Origin: Eledone cirrhosa
Lineage: Eukaryota
Assembly (NCBI GenBank): GCA_964016885.1
Contig: OZ024742.1
Span: 225,928,001-225,992,000, forward strand
Direction of reading: 5' to 3'
DNA length: 64,000 bases
Shown one piece after another: positions 39,023 through 52,909 of the stretch (position 1 is its first letter; each line of letters opens with the position of its first letter). The position numbers and the translations under genes are program-made. The notes beneath the pieces were generated by a model. It made no database searches, was not told the origin of the DNA, and saw nothing but the letters and a program-made list of their open reading frames with translations.

Positions 39023-40149
39023 GTATGTAAGAGTCTTATAACATATCCGTTTATTTTGAGAGTTTACATCAACATCAGTATTGTTGTTGTAGTTGTTATC
39101 ATCGTCATCATCATCATCTTATAGCAACAGTTTATTTTGCTATGTAAATCATCAGTATCATTATGGTCATATTCATCACCATAGTCATTCTCATAATCAG
39201 TATTGTCAATCATCATCATCATCATCATTATCATCATCATCATCACCACAACCATCATTTTTACAGTGTGGGACTGGGTGGTGTCGATATGATGAGGGTA
39301 TGGCCTCTTGGCTGCGCCATACCCTTCTCATAGCAAAACTGTATATACACACACACACACTCACACACAGATATATAGTGAAAAAAAGTGTGGACATTAG
39401 AAAACGTTCTATACAGATCACGTTATATAAGGAAAAAGATAATAAAAAAAACGTACCTTGTATATATATATAAAAAAGAGGGAATGTTATAACGTACAAA
39501 AAACTTGGTGTTTAACGAAGCTTGCTTTCTCTTACGTTATCATAAACATTTTTGTTTAGTTGTTCTTTCGTTGTTTTTCAACCATGTGGTTTTGACATTT
39601 GCATGAAATACTTACGTATTCCATCCATTGATGGACTTTTGGCTCTTGGTAGAGCCACAGGGGTGCCCTTATGACACTGACACATGTCTTGGGCATTTAA
39701 ACCTTGTAGAGCCCATCCCTCTCCTGGTTGGAACACAACCAATTTCTTCCAGAGAGAGTGAGAGAGACAAAGTAAGAAAGCATCAACCCTAGTGTAGAAC
39801 TGGTACTTTAATATTGACCTCAAAAGGATGAGATGCAAAGTTGACCTTAGTGGGATTTGAACTCACTGCACAGAACGCCAGTACAAATAATGCAAAGCCT
39901 TTTTTTATCAGACATTTTAATGACTTTGTTGCTTCACCATCTTTGCCCTATTTATTACTTATGGAATTAAATTTGATATCATATTTGTGCTGAATAGGAC
40001 CCGTCCCACCCTTGCAAGCAGGGAAAAGCGGACGTAAAATGATGATGATGATGATGACTATGGTTTCTTTTTTTTTACTCACATTTCTTAACAATAAGCT
40101 AGTAATATAATTATGACCACTATCATATTCATCACAATTACTTTACGAG

Positions 40150-41730
40150 CAACTTTTACAAACAGCCTCAATGACAGAGGACAGAGACATCGTTATGCTA
40201 GCAGGGGACTTCAATGGACATGTTGGACTGCTTCAGGATGGATTCATAAATTGCTACAAAGGTAAAGGGGATGTTCTAGAGCGGAGCAATTATAGGGGCA
40301 TAAAGCTGATGGATCAGGTTATGAAAGTGGCAGAGAGAATATTAGCACAACTGATTAGAGAAAGGGTCAAACTAGATGAGATGCAGTTTGATTTTGTGCC
40401 TCGGAAAAGTACAACAGATGCTCTCTTCTTAGTAAGGCAACTACAAGAGAAGTTCTTAGAGAAGAATAAGCCACTATACTTAACTTTTGTTGACTTAGAG
40501 AAGGCCTTTGATAGGGTACCCCGAGTACGCCGATCTGTCATCTGGTGGTCCCTAAGGAAACTAGGTGTAGAGGAATGGCTTGTGAGGAGCAGGGGTGATG
40601 TCAGTAAAGTGAAAGTAGGTATGGAGTTTAGTGAGGAATTCCAGATACAAGTAGGTGTACATCAGGGTTCGGTCCTCAGCCCACTCTTGTTCATTATAGT
40701 CCTCCAAGCCATAACAGAGGTGTTTAAGACTGGCTGCCCATGGGAACTTCTATATGCTGATGATCTGGTTCTTATAGCAGAATCAGTAGAGGAGCTAAAG
40801 AATGAATTCTGGCTATGGAAACAGCAGTTGGAATCAAGAGGACTGAGAGTGAACATAGCTAAGACAAAAGTGTTGATAAGTAGAAGAGAGGACAATACTC
40901 TGATTCCATCAAGGAAATGGCCATGTTCGATATGTAGGAAAGGAACTGGCATAAATTCCATAAAATGTATGCAATGCAGATCTTGGGTACACAAGAGATG
41001 TAGTGGGATAGCAGGCAAACTAACAGGTAGGGAAAACTATGTATGCAGTAGATGTACAGGGAAAGTTGGCAGTAGTAATCGCAGTGTTAGACACATTTTT
41101 CCAATGCAGGTGGGTTCTATAGAAGTGGTTGATAGCTTCTGGTACCTAGGTGATCAGATTAGCATGGAGGGAGGGGGGGGGGGTTCCGAGGCCATAGTAT
41201 CTAGAATAAGGATGGGTTGGAAGAAGTTTAGGGAGCTGCTTCTTTTGTTGACAAAGAAGGGTTTCTCCCTGCATACGAAAGGACGGTTATATGATGCCTG
41301 TGTGAGGAGCGCGATGCTGCATGGTAGTGAGGCATGGGCGGCAACTGTAGAGGATATGCAACGGCTGGAGAGAAATGAAGCAAGTATGCTCCGTTGGATG
41401 TGCGTGAACGACCATGCATGGACGAGTTGAGAAAGAAACTGGGTATAAGAGGGATAAGTTGTGGTGTGCAGGAGAGAAGGCTGAAATGGCATGGACATGT
41501 GATGCGCATGGAGGATGACCGCTGGGTAAAGAAATGCCAAGAAATGCCAGTAGAAGGAAGATGCAGTAGAGGTAGACCACATAAAACATGGTGGTGAGAG
41601 CAGACCTCAGATCACTGAAACACACCGAAACTGATGAAGGACCGTGACAAGTGGAGAGATGCTGTGCTGAATAGGACCCGTCCAACCCTTTCAAGCAGGG
41701 AAAAGTGGACGTAAAATGATGATGATGAGC
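40150..41730 (+). mobile_element. RTE LINE with internal deletion (endonuclease stub fused to RT-PHD)
   Basis: AGDFNGHVG joined directly to INCYKGKGD; YADD; (ATG)n tail. Confidence 0.9.
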
Positions 41731-42423
41731 TGTTTGAGATGGTGGCCTAAATTTCATATCTGTCCTGGGTCTTTTACCAGCTTTGGAGGCCTACATTTCC
41801 CATCTGGCCCAGTACTATAATCAGCTTTTCATGAACCTACATCATCATCATCATCATCATTTTGTCAACTTTCCATGCTGGCATGGATGCTTCATTTCAT
41901 TTTAGCCACTGAAAATCTTCTGCACTCAAAGTCTATGTTTCACTGCCATGTAGCAAGACTGTTCAAACACAAGCATCATATAATTTGCCCTTCATTCTGA
42001 GAGTAAAGCCCTTTGTTGCCAGTACAGGTAACAGCTTCCTACATCATCATACATCAGCTTCCCATGCTGGCATGGGTTGGACAGATTGTCTCGGTCCAAG
42101 ACCAGACGGGTCAAAGCAAACTCATCTTGATCATACATACCATATTTGGCATTGTTTCTATAGCTGAATACACCTTTTAATGCCAGTCACTTTACAGGTG
42201 TAGTAGGAGCATTTTATCATAACAACAGCACTAAAGATGATCATACAGACTGATGGGTCCTTTCAAACTCTCTATTGTCTCTGTTTGATTGCAAACACAG
42301 TAGCCTCCAGTCTCTCACTATATTTACCTTTAGTGTCACAGTGTTTGTACAGGTGGGTGAGTCTTTTGTATAAGGGTAATGCAATAATTCATGCGTATGT
42401 TGTGTTTTTTTTTCTCGTTACAG

Positions 42424-42698
42424 TTACAAAAGCTAACACAATGTTGTTTGGTGACTGCCACATTAAGAAAGTGAAAACTCAAAGTTTATCCATTACCAAC
42501 AGATCCCAAACAGATTCAATTTCTTTCCAATGGCAAACGAAGGACTCATTATCATTCTCACCACATATGGGCCACTTACGTCCTGGACAATCTAAACATG
42601 TTGTTGTAACATTCAAGCCCTTAAAACCTGTTATCCTTCACGATGAGGTTGTACACTGTTCAGTGAAGAAAATCATTTATGATAAACCACTCTCTCAG
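42424..42698 (+). CDS. HYDIN: HYDIN exon (phase 1 to 0)
   Basis: ttacag acceptor, gtaagt donor; LFGDCHI...FSPHMGHLRPGQSKHVVVTFK. Confidence 0.9.
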
Positions 42699-43216
42699 GT
42701 AAGTAGCATAGTGTAAATACTTTCTGTTTTATCATCATTTAACATCTGTTTTCCTTGGTAGCAAGAGTTGAACAGATTGTCACAGACAATATCAATACTT
42801 ATTCAGAGCTACTGACCTCTCAGGCAGGCTGGGGTCCACATCTCACTTACATATGTTCCTGACACACAGACACTTTCACTCTCTCTCTCTCAGTGCATTT
42901 TCAAGGTACCAGTACAACCGAAGAGATCTCTGTTATTACCTTTGGTTATTTACAGATTGGTTAAAGCTATTTGTGCCATAACCACACAGTTTGGGTTCCA
43001 TCCCACAGTATGTCACCTTGGGAAAATGTATCTACTATAGCCTCAGGCTGATCAATGATTTTTGAATAAATTTGGTAAATTGAAACTTACTGAAGTCAAC
43101 TTAGCCTTTCAAATTTATTTGATTCTATAATTTACACTTTTCATTCTACACTTGACATAATGTTTTTAAACTTTAGGTTACCATACTGAAAGACATAACT
43201 AACTTTCTCATTATGA

Positions 43217-43429
43217 ACCATTTAGCATTTAAACTGGCCATATCTGGCCAGAATTCTCTCACCTCTTTGTGTTCAAACCAGCTGTAACCGGCCGCTTATA
43301 CTGATGTTAAGGTATTGTTCTCGAAATAAATAATATCAAAATCTCATAGATTCAATATTATGTGAGGTAAAGCCTTTACCGTGAAAATATAATACTAAAT
43401 ATAAAGTAATGTAAATACTAAAGGGTTAA
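43217..43429. mobile_element. piggyBac-type MITE
   Basis: aaccatttagcattt...aaatactaaagggttaa ends resemble TIRs of the 46475 element. Confidence 0.55.
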
Positions 43430-43605
43430 GCTGGTGCTTGGAACATAACTTAAAGGTTCTTACATAAAATGATAAGGGGAAATTTAAATTTAAATATGTA
43501 CACATTAAAACAAACAGTTTTTCATCATAGAACATAGGGTGGTTTCAGGTTGTTTGATATAAAAAGGATTAATGATGTTGGTTAAGATCCTTCCTTCAAT
43601 TTCAG

Positions 43606-43703
43606 ATTCCAGACTGGGATGATCGAATCCATGTTATTAAATGGGTTGAAATAGAACCTTTACCTGTTACTAATCCAGCGGAAAACACATCTTTCAAAGA
43701 ACC
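43606..43703 (+). CDS. HYDIN: HYDIN exon (phase 0 to 2)
   Basis: tttcag acceptor, gtaaga donor; IPDWDDRIHVIKWVE matches the HYDIN VPDWDDR..VKWV motif. Confidence 0.9.
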
Positions 43704-44055
43704 GTAAGATGGACATATCTTCATCCTAACTGCAGTACATAACCTGTTGTTTTACAGGGAGAATAAGACATATTTGGTTCTTCACCAAATTGTAACAAAG
43801 TTATATTTATGGATTGTATGTATATATATGATGATGATGTATGTGTGTATAAATACATATATATAAATCAGAATAGATGCAGTAAAAACCAGTTAGACCA
43901 TTACTCATCAGATATTTGGGGGTGTAGAGTGGGTAATACGAAAAATTGGGAACCCCGACGGCTGAGCTCCTGCTTTTTCAACAGCTAGATCTGAACTGGA
44001 TCTAGTTGTTGAAACAGCTGAAGCTCAGCCAGTGGGGCCCCGAATTTTTCATATG

Positions 44056-44122
<67 letters not shown>

Positions 44123-44246
44123 GTTCAGAAGAGATTGTTTTGTGTTAAAAACAGGAGTAAGCAGGACAAAGCTCTCAACAATCGTAGTTTTTAGAGATTT
44201 TTATAAAAATAAAAAAATAAGATGCTGAGGTTACATATATCGTTTA

Positions 44247-44335
44247 ATCATTATAATTATTTCCACGGTTCTCCATGCAATCGAGATGTCCTTCATGCAT
44301 TTGTTATTGTTATGAGAATGGTATCCTCAGATGAT
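44247..44335 (-). ncRNA. Type I hammerhead, family 3, antisense copy
   Basis: minus strand: atcat CTGAGGA taccattctc...gagaaccgtg GAAA taatta TA atgat. Confidence 0.65.
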
Positions 44336-45979
44336 ATCTGATATGTTTGATACGTCACTGGTAGAAGAAAACACATGTCCTCTTGCTTGTGTGCCCAGTA
44401 GACATAGGAGTTCCTTGAAGGGTTTGCCAGCTGTCATGTTTGCTAGAAAAAGCTATCAACGTAAAAAACGAAAACCTGTGTGTAGCCAAAGCCCAGTAGA
44501 CAGTGGAAGCAATAAATGGAGTTCGGAGGGAGGGTGGGGTATATATTTTGTTGACAACCACCTTAAGACAACAACTGCAACAACAATGTCGACGATGATG
44601 ACGACAACAACAACAATAACAGCAAAACACTGACCAAAAGTCGTCCACACTGGCTGCATCAGTTGTAGTGATATTACTACCCTTCTGACAACAACAACGA
44701 TAGCAACAACTACAGTAAACAGTTACAACAACAGCAAAAACACAGACCAGCGTCATGTACATGTGAAGGTGCATGGATTAGTGGTTAGAGCATTGGGTTT
44801 GCAATCGAAAGGTTGTGAGTTCAATTCTCAGACCGAGTGATGTGTTGTTTCCTTGAGCAAGACACTTTATTTCACGTTGCTCCAGTTTACTCAGCTGTAG
44901 AAATGAGATGATAGGACTGGGGTCCCTATCATTAAATTACTCAAGAGACCTCCAACGAGATATACCTTGGAGGAGGCCAGCTAAACCTGCAAAGGTGGGA
45001 GCTGTCACACACACACATAGGCCATAGCAGTTGTAGTGACGGTATCACCCCGCCGACAATAACAACGATAACAACTGCCACAGCAATAAAAGGAGCTCTG
45101 AGGTAGGTTGATACACAAATTTGGTGGCATCAATCATCATGACTATGTAGTAATGGTAACGAACATTAACACCGTCCACCATCTACCCCGGTCGTCGTAG
45201 TAGTGATGGTATCATTGATATATTGATATTAGTATCAAGTCAATGGCAGTGAGTACCCATTACCTGAGAGCCAGACAGTGGTAATACCAACAACAATAAT
45301 AACAACAACACCAGTGATGAGCACACCACGGTGACGGCAGCAACAAAAAAAAGGCCTCGCTTCCATCGAAAGGCACAAGGCCAGCAGTAAATATATTGCA
45401 GAAAAAAACAAACTAACCACAATAGTAGTCCGTTGAAACAAGGAAGCAAAAAATGGGACAGAAATATAGATGGATATTTATATAAATACATGCACAGTTA
45501 ATACAGTCCTCTCTATCACTCTAAGACACAAGGCTAGCAATAATTACAGTGCAGAAAAACAACTAACCTCAAGAGCATTCAGTTGTAACTACAGTGGCAT
45601 CAATACTATTAAAAGGGCTGCTAGACTATGGAAGTGAAAGTAGGGACAGAAACATACAGAAAAGAATTCGAGAACACATACAGAGAACATAATAATAAAA
45701 GAACGGAACAAATATACATAAAAACAGCAGTAGGTATACAAACATAGAATAAGGAACAAGGGACATGAAACATGTTCCCACAGAGACTCCAGGTGTGCAA
45801 ACAAGTTATCCAGAGTTCGCCTGATGATGGGTTGTTGTGTGGTCATGCCCGGCTCCTGCGGTCAAGCTTACAATAGTCCTCAACTAGTACAACTATGTTG
45901 TTAGTCCGTACAGTTTGAGGAAGGTTCCAGATGATCTGTGGAGGCAGGTGCTGAAGAGGTTACTCCTTTTATTGATAAC

Positions 45980-48000
45980 TGGAGCTCCTCTCTTGATTAT
46001 TTCCATAATCTCGGACACACAAATGGCATGAGTCATGTCCATCCCATCTGTAGGGTTGGGCTGAGGCTACCTTGGACTACGACAAGGTGTATTCTAAGTT
46101 ATCATGTTTGAGACGCCAGCTCTGAGAGGGCGGTGCTGCATTTCTTATCAACTCTCCTAAAGGTGTGGCAGTGATTGTACCAGCATTCCTTAAATTTATT
46201 AGCTGTGGCTCCGATATAGGTGAAGGTTTGGTTGTTGGCACTCACCCTACATTCATAGACTAAGCTGAGGCACTTGCCTTCCAGGGGGCAGTTACTAGGG
46301 TTTCTACAGTTACAGCTTGGAGGGGTGTTGTTGCCCTTGATCTCCGGATCACGTTGTATGATTCCCTGGTCATTCACGGTTCAAGATGGAGGAAGAGGCA
46401 TTTGCGTGGCGCGGCTCCTCTCGGTTGCTGTTTCCCCTGGAGTTGCGGACGTTTTTCAATCTACTTCGGTTTAACCCTTTAGCATTCAAACCGACAAAAA
46501 CTGACAAGATTATGTCCCCTTTCATTTATTCAAACCGACAAAAACCGACATTTAATAACACACGATCTCCTTCTAAAATAAACATTGACATCATCGAAAT
46601 CTCGTCAATTTGAGATTACTGCGAGATAAAGCCCTTACGCATGAAAATTAACTCTTAGTATAGTTAAAGAACTTGCGAAAACACGTGTTTTTAACGTTGA
46701 AAGTGTAACATGGCTTCCGAAAGTAGCAACAACGAATTTGAAGGTTTGACGTCCGACGACATTGGAGATCAAAAAGAAACAGAAGATAATATCAGTGATT
46801 TATCTTCAAACGAATCAGATATATTTATTTCTGATATATCTGATAGTCACTTTGAAAGTGAAAGAGAAGATTTGACTGACACCATTGAAAAAACACCAAC
46901 GTGGTTGAAAGAAACAACATCGATACATGTTTTGGATTTTACTGAAAATATTGGACCACAACACACATTACCACCCGATGCTAAAGCACTGGATTATTAT
47001 TTTTTATTTTTACCACAAACTTTCTTCGAAGTTGTGGCAGATCGCTATGCACAACAACAAATTTCTAATATCGGAAAACCCGATCTGTTATGGCGTCCGA
47101 CAGATTCTGCCGAAATGAAAGCGTTATTTACCATAAATATTATGTTTGGTATTAAACAATTTCCACGACTGTGGAATTATTGGAGTACTGATATAAGGTT
47201 TGGTGACCCTTATATATTTAGTATTATGGCAAAAATGAGATTCATCAAATTAAACCAGTATTTGCACCTGGTTGATACTTCAAATGCCCCTGGTAGAAAT
47301 GAATCAAATTACGACCCACTGTACACGACCATTAATTGAAATGTCAGAAAAATTTAAAAGTGTGTATAAACTTATATATTGGGAACTTTCTGTTACGTAA
47401 TTTTACACCGTACATTTACAGAGTGCATTGCCAATATTATTTTGACTGGTGAAAAGGTTTTATACATTTTTTTCAATGAAAATATTTGCCTGGAATGTAG
47501 AGAAAGATTAAAACCTTGTACTGATTACACCTGCATTTTTAATTAATTCACCTGTTCGGAAAACTGCTAGAATTGATGGAAATCAGCATCTAGATCATTA
47601 TTGGATTTTTTGCAACAAATCTAACAGATAAGGCAGATAAAGTTTAAATTTTTGTGTTTATCCATAAAGTTATTACTTTTACACCTGTTAATTAATTTCA
47701 CCTGCCCATAAAAGTCAAATTTAACAAAAAAAATCAGGTAAAAATATATAATTGTAAATTATAGTTATTTAAACATCTACTGACAAAATTTCAAGTCTGC
47801 ACATAGAAAATTAAAGTAATTACAAACAAATAAAATTGATAACCCTCTTAAGTATAATTAAGTGAAAATAATGCGAATAGATGAACATGACATTTGACAA
47901 TTCAATGTGAATGCTAAAGGGTTAAGGCTTCTATATTTTGCACTAAGTTTCTAGTTGTGGAGTAGGACAATTTAATAGTGTGCCTGTTGAAAATGGCGTT
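45980..48000 (-). mobile_element. Penelope-like element C-terminus (linker and GIY-YIG), interrupted by piggyBac
   Basis: IFNRHTIKLSYST; CNCRNPSNCPLEGKC; VYECRV..YIGATANKFKECWYNH. Confidence 0.85.
46475..47921 (+). mobile_element. piggyBac element with truncated transposase
   Basis: TTAA on both sides (46471-74, 47922-25); 14-bp TIR CCCTTTAGCATTCA; ORF 46710-47339 with acidic N-terminus and WNYWSTD. Confidence 0.92.
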
Positions 48001-48130
48001 TTTTTCGTTGATAGCTTTTTCTAGCAAACACGACGGCTGGCAAACCCTTCAAGGAATTCATATGTCTGCTGGGCATACGAGCAAAAGGACGTGTCTTTTT
48101 CCTGCCAGTGACGTATCAAACATATCGGAT

Positions 48131-48219
48131 ATCATCTGAGGATACCGTTCTCATAACAACAAAAAATGCATGAAGGACATCTCGATTGCATGGAGAACCG
48201 TGGAAATAATTATAATGAT
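48131..48219 (+). ncRNA. Type I hammerhead, family 3
   Basis: atcat CTGAGGA taccgttctc...gagaaccgtg GAAA taatta TA atgat. Confidence 0.65.
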
Positions 48220-48268
48220 TAAACGATATATGTAACCTCAGCATCTTATTTTTTTATATATATATATG

Positions 48269-48308
<40 letters not shown>

Positions 48309-48350
48309 ATATATATGTATATGTATATATATGTGTGTATGATGGTGTAT

Positions 48351-48391
<41 letters not shown>

Positions 48392-50267
48392 CAAGGTGTG
48401 TCAGAAAAGTTCCAGGACTGATGTCACAAAAGATTTATTTCAAACCCAAACTTCACACTAAGAGTTTTCTTCTTCAAAGTAATCCCCCTGGAGTCTAATG
48501 CACTTTTCCATCATTTTCTGCCACGCTTGCATGCACTCCTGGAAGGATTCTTCCGGGATCCTCCGCAGTTCTGTCGTGACGGCCTTTTTGATGTTGTCCA
48601 CGTCTTCAAAATGGGTCCCCTCCGGGTCGTACTCGAAGATCCATGACTCATCACCAGTGATGACTGTCCCTAGCAAGTCCGGTTTGGTTTCAAGACGCTC
48701 AAGGATGTCCTGGCACACTTGTATGCGTCGACCCTTCTGGTCATCGTTCAGCAGTTTTGGCACCATCTTCGCGCAGACTTTTCGTATGTCCAAATCTTCA
48801 GTGAGAATCTTCCAGACGCTGTCCCGATTCATACCCTGCTCATTTGCCATCAGTCGAACAGTCAGCCGATGATCGCTACGCATCATCTGCCTGACACGCT
48901 CAACGTTGACCTCAGTCTTGGTTGTTGAGGGCCTTCCGCTCCTGGGGTCATATTCCACGTCCTCGCGTCCTTCTTTAAACCTCTTGCACCACTCAAAAAC
49001 ACGTGAACGTGACATTGTCTCATCTCCATACATTTGCTGCAGCGGAGTTTTCCCCAACTGTACCAGAAACTTCAAGTTTGTTCGTTGGTCTGTGCTCATT
49101 GCTTGACGACCTGAAACAAAGGACATCATCAACGTTTAACGTCCGTGTTCCACGCTTGCATGGGTTTGGACGGGGGTTTTGCCACTTGAGGCAAGAGTGA
49201 TTGTCTTGCTCGCATAGGACTGTCTGGCGGGTTTTCTACAGCTGGATGCCCTTCCTAACACCAACCACATTTACAGCGTGGGGCTGGGAGGTTTTTACCG
49301 TGTTGCCTACACGACCACATTACAGCGTGGACTGTCTGGCGGGTTTTCTACAGCTGGATGCCCTTCCTAACACCAACCACATTTACAGTGTGGGGCTGGG
49401 AGGTTTTTACCGTGTTGCCTACACGGCCACATTACAGCGTGGACTGTGTGTTTTTTTGTCGTGACACCTACACGATCTCATTTGTTTCGGCCTGGATGTT
49501 GTGGCACCAACATAACTTTACATTGAAAGGGGCGGTGTGGATGGGGTGGGGGTGGTGGGACGGGGGTGTATTTTGTTAGAGATGCCTACTGACTGTAGTA
49601 GGTTTTACTTTGTATTTAGGTAAGGCGGGTCTTCTCTATTACTGAGTACCGCCAAAGGTCTCGGTCCAGTGACATTGTCTTGGAGAGGTGTAAGTGTGTG
49701 AGGTCGGAATTTATCAGCTCGTCCCAGGTTTTTCTGGGTCTGCCTATTCCGTGGCTACCGTCTATCTTTATTGCCCTGCACTTTGTTATACAGCTATCGT
49801 CTTTCATGCGCATCACGTGACCATACCAACGTAGCCTTCTCTCTTGTAAACAACATCTGATCCCTCTTATCTCTAATTTTTTCCTTAGTTCGTTTATGCT
49901 TTGCCGTTCACGTATATTACTATTACACATCCAGCGGAGCATGCAAGCTTCGTTCCTCTCTAGTCTGCGTATATCCTCTGCACACAATGCCCAGGTCTCA
50001 CTGCCATGCAACATTGCTGTTCGTATGCAGGCATCATACAACCTGCCTTTCATTTTTAGGGAGAACCCTTTAGCGGCTAATAGTGGTATAAGCTCTCTGA
50101 CATGTATATAAAATTATGAAGCAAAAATTTTGATCGCTGCAGAGAGCTAAGATTACAGTTACATACTCCAGGGGGATTGCTTTGAAGGAGAAAACTCTTA
50201 GTGTGAAGTTTGGGTTTGAAATAAATCTTTTGTGACATCAATCCTGGTACTTTTCTGACACACCTCG
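48392..50267 (-). mobile_element. Mariner with long TIRs, in-frame internal deletion and nested RTE (49125-50100)
   Basis: TA-flanked about 110-bp inverted ends; RSGRPST, ITGDESWIFEYDPE, GDYFE. Confidence 0.88.
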
Positions 50268-50426
50268 TATATGTTTGTATGATGGTGTGTGTGTATATAT
50301 ATATATATGTGTGTGTGTGTGATGTAGTATATATATATATATATATGCTTGTACATAACTTATTTTATATACAGAATAAGTAATATTGCTTTCTTCACAA
50401 ACATTAAATGATGATGATGATATGGC

Positions 50427-50469
<43 letters not shown>

Positions 50470-50518
50470 ATAATCATCATCATCATTGTTTAACGTCCAT
50501 CTTCCACGCTAGCATGGG

Positions 50519-50583
<65 letters not shown>

Positions 50584-50710
50584 TGATATATATACATATA
50601 TGATATATATAACCTAATATATTCCTTCCATATACTGTACCGATTGTGTTGTTATTTCTGTTTACCTTTTACATACATATATAGATATATATATATATAT
50701 ATATATATAT

Positions 50711-51266
50711 ATCATCATCATCATCATTTTACGTCCGTTTTCCACTTGCGAGGGTGGGACGGGTCCTATTCAGCACAGCATCTCTCCATTTGTCACGGTC
50801 CTTCGTCATCTCCTCCGTGAGCTTCAGCGATCTGAGGTCTGCTCTCACCACCTCAGCCCATGTTTTTTGTTGTCTTCCGCTACTGTGTCTTCCTTCTACT
50901 GGGATTTCTTGGCACTTCTTTACCCAGCAGTCATCCTCCATGCGCATCACATGTCCATACCATCTCAGTCTTCTCTCCTGCACACCACAACTTATCCCTC
51001 TTATACCCAGTTTCTCTCTCAACTCATCTATGCTGGGTCGTTCACGGACATTGACATTACACATCCAACGAAGCATGCTTGCCTCATTTCTTTCCAGCCG
51101 TCGCATATCCTCTGCAGTTGCTGCCCAAGTCTCACTACCATGCAGCATCGCGCATCTCACACAGGCATCATTTAACCGGCCTTTCGTATGCGGGGAGAAA
51201 CCCTTCTTTGTCAACAGAGGAAGCAACTCCCTAAACTTCTTGCAAGCAGGGAAAAGTGGACGTAAA

Positions 51267-51300
<34 letters not shown>
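50711..51300 (-). mobile_element. RTE 3' fragment with an inverted second tail
   Basis: ORF 50729-51226 ends RTRPTLASGKRT; opposite-strand tail at 51238-51300. Confidence 0.85.
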
Positions 51301-51301
<1 letters not shown>

Positions 51302-52182
51302 ATATGCTTGTACATAACCTATTTTACATACAGAATAAGTAATATTGCTTTCTTCACAAACATTAAATGATGATGATGATGATATTGCTACATATATATT
51401 ATATATATATAATTGTAAAATATCTATAGTTATATTTTAATTGTAATCTCGCCGAGGTTAACTTTGCCTTTCATCCTTACGGGGTCGATAAAATAAAGTA
51501 CCAGAAATACACTGGGATAATTGCTGGCCTTGTGCCAAAAGTAGAAACAATTATATTTTAATTGTAATCACTGATAAAATGTAATTGCACCTTTAAGCTT
51601 CCATAAATTTTAATGTTTTCCCAAGGATATTTGAATGCTATTCTTTACGTTTTTTGCTATTTCACTAGAGATCTGTGACATATAAGGTCTATAATATTTG
51701 TATTTAATCGATTTTGAGGAGCTTATTCTAACAGGAATGGAATATTCTTGTTCGTCTAACAAATTGCCTTTGTCTTAAATACCTAGCCATGACGACTTTT
51801 TGGGAAACTATATATGTATGAGTGTGTGCGTGTATTATCATCATCATCATCACTATTTTATGTTTGTCTTTCCATGATTGCTTGCATGGGGTGGATGGGT
51901 TTTTTTAACACAGCTTCCCTCCACTTGTTGCATTCCTTCATCATCTCCACTGTAAGGTTCATCATTTTCAGATAAACTTTAACCACTTCTGCTCAGGCTT
52001 TCTTTGGGCTTCCTTAACTTCAGCTTCCTTCTTCTTAGAAATCCTGACACTTCTTCACCAAGCAATCCTTATCCATACCCATTACAAGTCCATACCAGCG
52101 CAATCTTCTCTCTTGAATACAACAGCAGATTCTACTTGTGCCTATTTTTTTTTCTCAGCTCATCTGTGCTTCATCTTTTATA

Positions 52183-52228
<46 letters not shown>

Positions 52229-52475
52229 CATCATCATCATCATCATCATACGTCCGCTTTTCCCTGCTTGCAAGGGTGGAACAATAATAATAATAATATT
52301 GTTTATACTTATATATAAACTATATATAATTATAAGCAGGAAAGGTCAGTATTTTTTGTATTTTTTACCACCTTATTACCAGTATGAAAAATAGCTCAAT
52401 GTAAATACATCAGATGTATTACAGAGCAGGAATATAAAGTACAGAACAATCAAATCTATGTTTAATACATTTTAT

Positions 52476-52522
52476 TGCTGACAATCGTTTCTTCCAAACA
52501 GCTGTTTGGTATCATCAGAGCA
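52476..52522 (-). ncRNA. Type I hammerhead, family 4, antisense copy
   Basis: minus strand: tgct CTGATGA taccaaacagctgtttggaa GAAAC gatt GTC agca. Confidence 0.75.
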
Positions 52523-52909
52523 TTGACCAAGTTTAAACACATAATTAAATTCCTATTCTACAGAACATTCATAAAGATACGTTGATACTATTGCTGCTAT
52601 CAATAGTGTCATATTCAAAGTGAGTGAAGATGTTGTCTGCAACAAAGGGTGTTATAAAGAGTATAGAAGAAGGTTACTCCCAAAGGAGGACTTTAGTGGT
52701 ACATAAGCATATAGGCAGTAAGAATGCAGAGGTATTGAGCATATACAGCATAATATGGCAAAGATATCACAAAATATAGGTGTAATATGATGAACATATT
52801 AAGCAGTTAGGAATTCATGGGTAGGATATAAGGGGAAGAATTGTGAAGCAACATGTGTAATATACATAAACAAAGTTTTGTTGATGCATGCGTTGAGAGT
52901 GGATCAGAT

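Noticed and set aside
43959-44030. Hairpin with GAAAC-agct resembling a hammerhead
   Set aside because: No CUGANGA box on either strand
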